24,000 bases of DNA, taken from contig JAVHVE010000001.1 in NCBI GenBank assembly GCA_032160705.1, positions 92,113 to 116,112 of the forward strand, given 5' to 3'. The stretch's first letter is position 1. The number at the start of each line of letters is the position of its first letter. Source of the stretch: Acidobacteriota bacterium (GTDB lineage: Bacteria; Acidobacteriota; Blastocatellia; Pyrinomonadales; Pyrinomonadaceae). The notes beneath the pieces were generated by a model. It did no database searches, was not told where the DNA came from, and saw only the letters and a program-made list of their open reading frames with translations. Below, in pieces: positions 1 through 6,114 of the stretch. A program made the translations under genes and the position numbers.

Positions 1-880
1 AATATGTATTTGCGGCCTTATTCAAGGAACACCTCCAAGTCTTTATTTGGTTCAACCCTTGCGTAAACTAGGCACCAGCAGCTTAGTCCTCAATTGAAGT
101 ATGAGAAGCCACGACCCATCATTGGAAAATGATGTTCACCTTGTTCATGTGATTTGTGCGCTTAATATTGCAGCCAACGGTCTGCGTTGGCTCTTGTTAA
201 TTTCTCAGGAAGATTGTGGTGCTTCCTGGTGTTTAACGGGCACTGATCCTGCCGTACTCAAGGCGACCCGCGTGTTTATACAGATCAGCGATTTTGAGCG
301 AACAACACACCCTGTGAGACGAGACTGCCGCCGTTGCGAGCAGACGCGCAGGGATGCCATCTTTCTACGGATAGTGATCCTTGACCGACATCCCCCGAGA
401 CTCTTCGTCACCAAGGATGATTTTGTCTTCATTGATCAATTCTCCGACAGCCTTGAAACCCACTAGCATTTCGCAAAGCGGATGCCCCGCATATCTGTCA
501 ATCCGCCACTTTTGTGTCAAAACCCAATATGCTGTATACGGGAAGGTGGATGACCACAAGTTGCTGTGCTACGTCTACATTCCAATTCTTTGCCAATCAA
601 GCACTTAGCGGCAAAGTGGCGGGACTGTAACATGGGGTAGAAAAGCTGTAAAGACATTTCTTTGCAACGACTTCGAGGGCTAAGTTCAACATTTACTTGA
701 GGTAAGCGGGGTTAAGTCCTTGTGGTGGCGAACAGCAGGCGAACGGAAATCCGCGAGAAGGGCAGCTTGGTTAGATAGGTAAGAAAATATGGGGGATAGA
801 GAATTTTACTGATTACCACAGGTGTGGAAAAGCATGACGTAGCCCGCTGGCGGCAAAATAAATGACTGGCGAAAAACCTT

Positions 881-904
881 GCTCTCAATAATATTATCAA
901 GAGC
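881..904. promoter_or_regulatory. 24-nt near-palindrome GCTCTcaATAAT/ATTATcaAGAGC; candidate operator upstream of the regulator gene promoter
   Basis: Read directly: 10 of 12 positions pair across the dyad. It ends about 20 nt upstream of the TTGACA at 925. No protein partner can be assigned. Confidence 0.25.
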
Positions 905-924
905 GACAAACTTGTTGAATTATG

Positions 925-953
925 TTGACAACATTCTGATATGTGCATAGACT
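925..953 (+). promoter_or_regulatory. Candidate sigma-70-type promoter for the sigma-54 activator gene (TTGACA, 17-nt spacer, TAGACT)
   Basis: Perfect -35 hexamer TTGACA at 925-930, 17-nt spacer, and -10-like TAGACT at 948-953. It lies in an AT-richer non-coding stretch about 150 nt upstream of the ATG at 1101. Confidence 0.35.
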
Positions 954-1100
954 GTCGAAATCTGGTTGAATCTCCTCATGTGATTCGGCCAGTTGCAGTG
1001 ACTCTTCCACGGAACTCTCGTTGTTAGACCTTGCCCCGGGTTGTTAGATTTTTACAGCTACCTAGATCATAGCCAGCACGGTTTTCGGTCGGTAAGGTCA

Positions 1101-2648
1101 ATGTCTTATTCGCATTTATCAGATAATCCATCCAACAATTCAGCCATGCCCGTATCATTGCCCTTAGCGTCAATGGTCAGGGCCTTGTGTCAGGCGGCTA
1201 CGGGCGGCTCTGATCAACTCTACGAGGTAATGATCAAGCTAACGTTAATGGTTGACGCAACAGCCCATACCTACGGCCTTGCGACCTGGACGCAAAAAGT
1301 TGGCGAGCGGCCTCGGCTGAAATGGGTCGAGGGGTTAGAGCAAAATGAGATTATGGATGCGGAAGTTGTCGTCACAGATGCTCTCTCAGTATTAAAAGAG
1401 GCGGTTGAGATTAAAGCAGGCGATCAGCATATCTGCATGGTACTTGTAACCACAAGCCTCAATCGCGAAGGGACGGCTATCTATGGTCGCTGTGTCCGCC
1501 CGCTCACGGAAATGCAGGCTAAAGAACTGAGGCTACTCTCAGATGTCGCGCAGCTAGCTCATGCGCATGTCGCGCTGCTTGGTGATCAGCAGCGACATTT
1601 TAAGACACAATCACTTCCGGCTATGGACGATGCAACACTCCCCGGCATGGTCTTCGTCAGCCGTGCAATGGCGACGGTGGCGCGCGCGATTGAAAGAATC
1701 AAGGACTCGGACTCCACTGTCTTAATTTCGGGTGAATCGGGCACTGGAAAAGAATTAGTCGCGCGAGCAATTCATCGCTTGAGCCGTCGGTGCCAAGGTG
1801 AGTTTATTCCTTTCAATTGCACCGCCGTACCTGCGGACTTGATTGAGAGCCTGCTCTTCGGCCATCGCAAAGGCGCATTTACGGGGGCGCATGCAGACCA
1901 CGAAGGAATGATCCGAGCTGCGGAAGGTGGAACGCTTTTTCTGGATGAGATTGGTGATCTGCCTGCCACTTTACAGCCCAAGCTCTTACGTTTTCTTCAG
2001 GAGGGTGAAATTCATACGCTCGGTGAGCGTGCGCCACGCAAAGTTAATGTCCGTGTTGTCGCCGCCACGCACAAGGATTTAGAGCGTGAAGTTCGTGAAG
2101 GACGTTTCCGTGAGGATTTATATTATCGGATAGCCTCACTCTCAATACATATTCCGCCGCTCAGGGAGCGTCCTGAAGACACGTCTGCGTTGATCTCACA
2201 CTTCTTGACACACTATGCGCGGCGCAACGACCGCGCGATTACCGGCATTACTTATGATGCCATCCGTGCTCTTCAAAATTATTCATGGCCGGGTAATGTG
2301 CGTGAGTTGGCGGCGGAGATTGAACGTCTGGTGCTTTATGCAGACGAAGGAAGCTATATCGGCGTTGAAGACCTCAACTCACGCATCCTTCCTGAACAGG
2401 CATTGACTGCGATGCAAGCGAGCGCTTCACCTGCGGACCTGGATCACATGATGGAAGATTTCGAGAGGCGCATCATCACAGAAACGCTCAGGCAGCATGA
2501 TTGCAACGTGGCGCGAGCAGCCGATGCGCTCGGCCTCGGCTCGCGTCAGACGCTCTACAAAAAGCTCAAGCGTCTGGCGATTGATATTGGAGATTTCCTT
2601 CAAGAGGACACAGAGCCCGGTCTACAATTGCGCCCCGAACGTCGCTGA
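1101..2648 (+). CDS. Sigma-54-dependent transcriptional activator (bacterial enhancer-binding protein): N-terminal sensory (GAF-like) domain, AAA+ domain, Fis-type HTH
   Basis: Walker A GESGTGKELVARAIH. GAFTGA sigma-54 contact loop (HRKGAFTGAH). Walker B TLFLDEIGDL. ESELFGH-like LIESLLFGH. C-terminal HTH NVARAADALGLGSRQTLYKKLKRL. The ORF track starts at TTG 1041. I prefer ATG 1101 (MSYSHL...), preceded by taagg 4 nt upstream, but the start is uncertain. Confidence 0.9.
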   Translation: MSYSHLSDNPSNNSAMPVSLPLASMVRALCQAATGGSDQLYEVMIKLTLMVDATAHTYGLATWTQKVGERPRLKWVEGLEQNEIMDAEVVVTDALSVLKEAVEIKAGDQHICMVLVTTSLNREGTAIYGRCVRPLTEMQAKELRLLSDVAQLAHAHVALLGDQQRHFKTQSLPAMDDATLPGMVFVSRAMATVARAIERIKDSDSTVLISGESGTGKELVARAIHRLSRRCQGEFIPFNCTAVPADLIESLLFGHRKGAFTGAHADHEGMIRAAEGGTLFLDEIGDLPATLQPKLLRFLQEGEIHTLGERAPRKVNVRVVAATHKDLEREVREGRFREDLYYRIASLSIHIPPLRERPEDTSALISHFLTHYARRNDRAITGITYDAIRALQNYSWPGNVRELAAEIERLVLYADEGSYIGVEDLNSRILPEQALTAMQASASPADLDHMMEDFERRIITETLRQHDCNVARAADALGLGSRQTLYKKLKRLAIDIGDFLQEDTEPGLQLRPERR

Positions 2649-2657
2649 CAATTCTAC

Positions 2658-3182
2658 TTGGACATCCTGAAAGCAAACTCATACCTCGTGCCCATTTCTT
2701 ACCTTCTGTCTTTCATAGTCGCGCTTCTGATCCATGAGCTAGGCCATCTTGTAGCGGCACGCGTCTGCCACGTGACTGCGACGGAGTTCGGTCTGGGATG
2801 GGGGCGAAAGCTCTTCGGCTTTCACTTCGGCGGCGTTGCGTACAAGCTGCATGCGCTTCCCGTCGGAGCATACGTTCGGCTGGACATGGCGGAGTTGCAG
2901 CGACGCTCGCTCAGCCGGCAGGTTTTGATCTTGCTGGCTGGCATTATAGTCAATTTGGTCGCCGCCACGCTCTCCGCAGGCACTCCCTTCGGTACAGTGA
3001 ATCTGCTGCTGGCAGCCACGAACCTTCTTCCGCTCTACCAGCAGGATGGTTGGAAATGCGGAATGGTGATGTTGCGCGCGCTCGTGCGACGCAAGAGTGC
3101 TGTTGTTGAATGGACGTTCACCATTGCGGGAAGCAGTGTTAGCCTCGCGCTCATCGCTTTCTTAGCCTTGCGCCATCTTTAA
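2658..3182 (+). CDS. Mini site-2 protease (peptidase M50 family) integral membrane metalloprotease, no PDZ domain
   Basis: HExxH zinc motif in a TM helix (LLIHELGHLVAARV), followed by the M50-typical FGLGWG...LHALPVGAYVRLD. Second M50 motif NLLPLYQQDGWKCG (NxxPxxxxDG). About 4 predicted TM segments. It starts 9 nt after the regulator stop. The TTG start is uncertain (GTG 2688 is possible). Confidence 0.7.
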   Translation: MDILKANSYLVPISYLLSFIVALLIHELGHLVAARVCHVTATEFGLGWGRKLFGFHFGGVAYKLHALPVGAYVRLDMAELQRRSLSRQVLILLAGIIVNLVAATLSAGTPFGTVNLLLAATNLLPLYQQDGWKCGMVMLRALVRRKSAVVEWTFTIAGSSVSLALIAFLALRHL

Positions 3183-3206
3183 AGAGCCAGTGATTTATGA
3201 AAGCTG

Positions 3207-3243
3207 AGGCGGCTGGTCATTTCAAGACCAGCCGCCTTTTTTA
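3207..3243 (+). terminator. Rho-independent terminator after the regulator / S2P gene pair
   Basis: Perfect 12-bp stem AGGCGGCTGGTC / GACCAGCCGCCT, 7-nt loop ATTTCAA, followed by a run of 6 T. Confidence 0.85.
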
Positions 3244-3347
3244 TCTTGCGCGCGGCGTGGATGATTGCGATTTCTAATCCAACATTTCTTTCCAGCCTCA
3301 AAGAAGCAAGGGGGAGAGTCGCCGGTCGTTGAAAAGGTACAAGTGCC

Positions 3348-3365
3348 TGTCAACTCGCGGCGACA
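3348..3365. promoter_or_regulatory. Candidate enhancer (UAS) site 1: TGTCAAC-tcgc-GGCGACA (TGTC-N10-GACA dyad)
   Basis: Dyad-symmetric ends TGTC/GACA. 14 of 18 positions are identical to the second copy 94 bp downstream. It is located upstream of a sigma-54-like promoter and next to an EBP gene. Confidence 0.35.
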
Positions 3366-3441
3366 AGAGGTTAAGTTCTTCAAGACTATTCACTTTGGCC
3401 TGCTGTGTGCCGTTTTTCAACTCTCTTGGACATCTCTCTTT

Positions 3442-3459
3442 TGTCAACGCGGGGCGACA
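3442..3459. promoter_or_regulatory. Candidate enhancer (UAS) site 2: TGTCAAC-gcgg-GGCGACA
   Basis: Same motif as 3348-3365. Its centre lies about 76 bp upstream of the GG of the putative -24 element. An AT-rich stretch (3481-3515) lies between it and the promoter. Confidence 0.35.
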
Positions 3460-3524
3460 GACCGCTTCCCCAACGCTTTACTAAAATCCAATAAAAATCG
3501 GATTGAAAACTAATTCGCGAGCTG

Positions 3525-3540
3525 CGGCACGCGCCTTGTT
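3525..3540 (+). promoter_or_regulatory. Candidate sigma-54 (-24/-12) promoter cGGCACG-cgcc-TTGtT
   Basis: Matches TGGCACG-N4-TTGCW at 10 of 12 specified positions with correct spacing. The -12 GC is GT, which weakens the call. It is the best such match I found upstream of the flp genes. Confidence 0.35.
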
Positions 3541-3613
3541 ATGAGGAGGCGCGTCAGCGAAGCAACGATGTGCATCGCCAAGCCTTCAGTCGAGGATACG
3601 AGGAAAGGTAGTC

Positions 3614-3898
3614 ATGAAAGCTGTCACCACGAAGATGATCGTCTCGCTCATCGGTATTCTGCTGGCCGCGCCGTTCTTCATCGTTGCAGTCATTATCGGC
3701 GCACGCGCCGTTGCTCTCTCTCAGGGCGCTCAAGATGATTTGCTGCTGGTCGCGCTCGCTTTAGGCGGCGCGGTAGCCAGCATCGCGAACGGCATGGGCC
3801 AGCGCGCAGCAAGAGAGAAGCACGCAGCCAGCCAGCACGGCGGAGTGACAGACAGCACACGAACACGTGGAGCTTCCATGATTCATCTCGGCTATTGA
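3614..3898 (+). CDS. Small hypothetical membrane protein (94 aa, two hydrophobic helices, polar C-tail)
   Basis: ATG preceded by aggaaagg about 6 nt upstream. GC-rich third codon positions resemble neighbouring genes. MIVSLIGILLAAPFFIVAVIIGA and LLLVALALGGAVASIA look like TM helices. No family recognised. Confidence 0.45.
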   Translation: MKAVTTKMIVSLIGILLAAPFFIVAVIIGARAVALSQGAQDDLLLVALALGGAVASIANGMGQRAAREKHAASQHGGVTDSTRTRGASMIHLGY

Positions 3899-3992
3899 AT
3901 TCTGTCCGTCCGGCGCGCTTGGGGCACAAGCGCCAACGCCGGAATCGGGCCTGACCCTCAACCATCAACCACACCCTAAAGGAGCAAACAAA

Positions 3993-4148
3993 ATGATTAA
4001 GAAATTTCTTCGCGATGAAACTGGTCTTGAATTGTCGGAGTACGCCGTCGCCGCCGCGCTCGTCGCGCTCGCAGCCGTCGCCGCTTTCCAACTGCTTGGC
4101 AAGAACATCGGCGTCAAGATCGACTCGCTGGCTAACACAATCAAATAA
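3993..4148 (+). CDS. flp: Flp/Fap-family type IVc pilin (51 aa)
   Basis: My translation: MIKKFLRDETGLELSEYAVAAALVALAAVAAFQLLGKNIGVKIDSLANTIK. Classic Flp leader ending in G, then E5-Y6 of the mature peptide and a hydrophobic helix. RBS aaaggag is upstream. Too short for the ORF track. Confidence 0.9.
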   Translation: MIKKFLRDETGLELSEYAVAAALVALAAVAAFQLLGKNIGVKIDSLANTIK

Positions 4149-4175
4149 GGGCGCGAGCCGTAAAGGAGCATGAAA

Positions 4176-4334
4176 GTGATTAAGAAATTCCTGAACGATG
4201 AGACGGGCCTTGAATTGTCCGAGTATGCCGTCGCCGCCGCGCTCGTCGCGTTGGCAGCCGTCGCGGCCTTCCAGCTTCTTGGTGGAAATATCGGCACCAA
4301 GATTAACGAACTGGCGGGCAAGATCGTCCCCTAA
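4176..4334 (+). CDS. flp: Flp/Fap-family type IVc pilin, tandem paralogue (52 aa from GTG 4176; ATG 4170 also in frame)
   Basis: My translation: (M)IKKFLNDETGLELSEYAVAAALVALAAVAAFQLLGGNIGTKINELAGKIVP. The N-terminal two thirds are near-identical to flp1 and the C-terminus diverges. RBS aaaggag at 4162-4168 favours GTG 4176. Confidence 0.88.
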   Translation: MIKKFLNDETGLELSEYAVAAALVALAAVAAFQLLGGNIGTKINELAGKIVP

Positions 4335-4352
4335 TCGTTCTCACTAACCGAA

Positions 4353-4407
4353 GAGGTGGGCGCGCTTTGCAAGCCGCCGCAAGACGAGCGAAAAAGCGCG
4401 CCTCCTC
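4353..4407 (+). terminator. Stem-loop after the pilin genes (candidate attenuator / partial terminator / mRNA stabiliser)
   Basis: GAGG(t)GGGCGCGCTTT at 4353-4368 pairs with AAAGCGCGCCTCCTC at 4393-4407. That is about 15 bp with one bulge and one G-U, closing a 24-nt loop. No clear U-tract follows, so full termination is doubtful. Confidence 0.45.
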
Positions 4408-4494
4408 CTTCAAACAACTCTTGCACTCGAAGATAAAAGGTTCTGGATCATAAGCGAGTTATTAATCAATTAACCGCAAGGCAGCGAATCATAA

Positions 4495-5022
4495 ATGTCC
4501 AGCTCACTCTTCATCGTCATCGCCGCGCTGCTCATCCCGCTGGCAATTATCATCACGTATTACGACGTGCGTTATCGCCGTATCCCAAACGCCTTTGTCC
4601 TGGCCACGCTCGCCAGCGGTTTAATCGTCAACACCATTTACGGCGGATTGAATGGGGTGCTGGCGAGCCTGGGCGGTTGCGCCATTGCATTCATCCTGAT
4701 GTTTATCCTGCACGTCTTCGGCGCGATGGGCGCGGGCGACGTGAAATTGTTTGCGGCTGTCGGCTCTCTCGTCGGCGCGCATCTCGTGTTGCCGACGTTT
4801 CTGGTGGTCATCCTGACAGGCGGAGCGCTGGCTCTCCTGTTAATGCTGCATACGGGCGCTGTGCGAGCGACGATGCAGCGCGTCCTGATGATTCTGGTCG
4901 GACTGCTGCCGGGTTGGGAGATGCCGCGCTTTGCAGTCCCCGCTGATCGCAGGCACACGATCCCTTACGGGGTTGCCATCACGTTTGGCAGCCTCATCTC
5001 GCTGGCAATCTTCCGCGCTTGA
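4495..5022 (+). CDS. cpaA: Flp prepilin peptidase (A24 family, CpaA/TadV type)
   Basis: Polytopic membrane protein with the two Asp contexts typical of A24 peptidases (YYDVRYRRIPN and FGAMGAGDVKLF). Lies directly downstream of the flp genes. Confidence 0.9.
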   Translation: MSSSLFIVIAALLIPLAIIITYYDVRYRRIPNAFVLATLASGLIVNTIYGGLNGVLASLGGCAIAFILMFILHVFGAMGAGDVKLFAAVGSLVGAHLVLPTFLVVILTGGALALLLMLHTGAVRATMQRVLMILVGLLPGWEMPRFAVPADRRHTIPYGVAITFGSLISLAIFRA

Positions 5023-5064
5023 CTCAGGCGCGAGTGATTCGTTTTTGAAACGGAGACAAACGAG

Positions 5065-5991
5065 ATGCGTAACAAACGCTTTCTGATCGTCATGGTGGGC
5101 GCGCTGGTTTTCGGCCTGCTCGCAGCTTTTTCCGTCAGCCGCTATTTGTCGAGCGCGCAGGCCGGGAGCGGCAACTTAACCAAAATCGCCGTCGCCAAAG
5201 TGGACATCCCGCTCGGTACGAAGATCATTGCGGAGCAGGTTGGAGAAGTTGAAGTTCCAGCGGGCACGACTCCTGATGGGACTTTCGAGTCGGCTGCAAA
5301 ACTGGTCGGTCGCGTCGCGGTCGTCAATATCGCCCCGCGCGAGGCTATCACGGATGCCAAGCTCGCGCCGGAAGGCACAGACGGCGGGCTGACGGCAGTC
5401 ATCCCCGAAGGCTATCGCGCGATGACGGTCAAGGTTGACGATGCTGTCGGCGTTTCGGGCTTCATCCAGCCGGGCGCGGTGGTTGATGTCGTCGTCGTCA
5501 TTGACCCCAGAGAAAACGGAGTCAATCAAGACCCGATCTCAAAAGTGGTGTTGCAGAACATCAAGGTGCTGGCCAACGGCCAGAACATTGATAAGCCGAA
5601 GAACGAGCGCGAGGCGACGACCGTAAAGGCAGTCACGCTGCAAGTGACGCCGGAGCAGGCAGAGAAACTCGCCCTGGCCGCCAACGAAGGCAAACTGCAA
5701 CTCATCATGCGCAACTCGACCGATCAGGGCGACTCGCAGACGACCGGTATCAACAAGCGCAGTTTGCTGTCAGGCGAGCGCGCCAACCCCATCCCCGATC
5801 CCGGCTCGCTCAAGAGCGAGCAACCTGAAGCCAAGCCCGCGACTGCGCCCGCGCCGCGCCGCATGCGCGTCATGGCTGAGCCAATGCAAGCGCCCGCACC
5901 GGCAATCAGCGCGCCAACTCAGCCGCCACCCCCGCGCAACTCTATCGAGATGATTCAGGGCGGCAAGAAAACCAACGTAGATTTTCCGTGA
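5065..5991 (+). CDS. cpaB: Flp pilus assembly protein CpaB/RcpC
   Basis: N-terminal membrane anchor and SAF-like segment (KIAVAKVDIPLGTKIIAEQV). Conserved core (GYRAMTVKVDD..GVSGFIQPGAVVDVV). Located between the peptidase and the secretin. Pro/Ala-rich C-tail. Confidence 0.9.
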   Translation: MRNKRFLIVMVGALVFGLLAAFSVSRYLSSAQAGSGNLTKIAVAKVDIPLGTKIIAEQVGEVEVPAGTTPDGTFESAAKLVGRVAVVNIAPREAITDAKLAPEGTDGGLTAVIPEGYRAMTVKVDDAVGVSGFIQPGAVVDVVVVIDPRENGVNQDPISKVVLQNIKVLANGQNIDKPKNEREATTVKAVTLQVTPEQAEKLALAANEGKLQLIMRNSTDQGDSQTTGINKRSLLSGERANPIPDPGSLKSEQPEAKPATAPAPRRMRVMAEPMQAPAPAISAPTQPPPPRNSIEMIQGGKKTNVDFP

Positions 5992-5996
5992 AAAAC

Positions 5997-6084
5997 CAGT
6001 TTTCAGTTTTCGGTTTTCAGTTTTAAGCAAAGACCATGTTGCTTCTTCTGGAAACTGAAAACTGAAAACTCAAAACTGAAAACT
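5997..6084. repeat. Heptamer-repeat hairpin element E1: (CAGTTTT)x4, 26-nt core, (AAAACTG)x5
   Basis: Left arm 5997-6024 pairs with right arm 6051-6078 over about 28 bp (1 mismatch, 2 G-U). The core 6025-6050 contains the mini-hairpin AAGCAA/TTGCTT. The element fills the cpaB-cpaC gap, starting 6 nt after the cpaB stop. Confidence 0.9.
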
Positions 6085-6114
6085 TCACTTCGCCACTATA
6101 GGAGCAATCGCATC

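Noticed and set aside
101-559. Possible toxin-antitoxin or Uma2/DUF5615-like gene among ORFs 101-466 (+), 205-432 (-) and 365-559 (-)
   Set aside because: I saw only vague motif resemblances (for example YWVL....RIDRY). There are no catalytic or family-defining motifs, the frames conflict, and the minus ORF needs a non-ATG start. I cannot support a call without a database search.
3265-3513. 82-aa + strand ORF in the regulator-flp intergenic region
   Set aside because: It has a non-ATG start, no RBS, and poor codon bias by eye. It spans the putative UAS sites and AT-rich spacer, so the region is better explained as regulatory DNA.
3541-3738. 65-aa ORF starting at the ATG immediately after the putative -12 element
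   Set aside because: It would start upstream of the expected transcription start. It is Arg/Ser/His-rich with no RBS, and it overlaps the better-supported membrane ORF (3614-3898) in another frame.
3919-3934. Second sigma-54 promoter candidate at ttGGGGCACaagcgcc just upstream of flp1
   Set aside because: With GGCAC aligned, the -12 position reads CCAA instead of TTGC. The sequence is better explained as the loop and 3' arm of the GCGCTTG/CAAGCGC hairpin.
3965-4321. 118-aa minus-strand ORF with a striking internal repeat (...SWKAATAA.ATSAAATAYSDNSRPVSS...)
   Set aside because: It is the antisense shadow of the two tandem flp genes. The repeat simply mirrors the flp1/flp2 duplication, and the + strand encodes textbook Flp pilins with good RBSs.
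4462-4478. AT-rich mini-palindrome TTAAT-ca-ATTAA upstream of cpaA
   Set aside because: The half-sites are only 5 bp, AT-rich and easily explained by chance. No second copy or associated promoter element was seen.
5997-6084. Could the repeated GAAAACT blocks be a CRISPR array or a simple microsatellite?
   Set aside because: The units are 7 nt and directly abutting, with no spacers, so this is not CRISPR. The two blocks in each element are reverse complements flanking a conserved core, which defines a structured hairpin element rather than a plain microsatellite.
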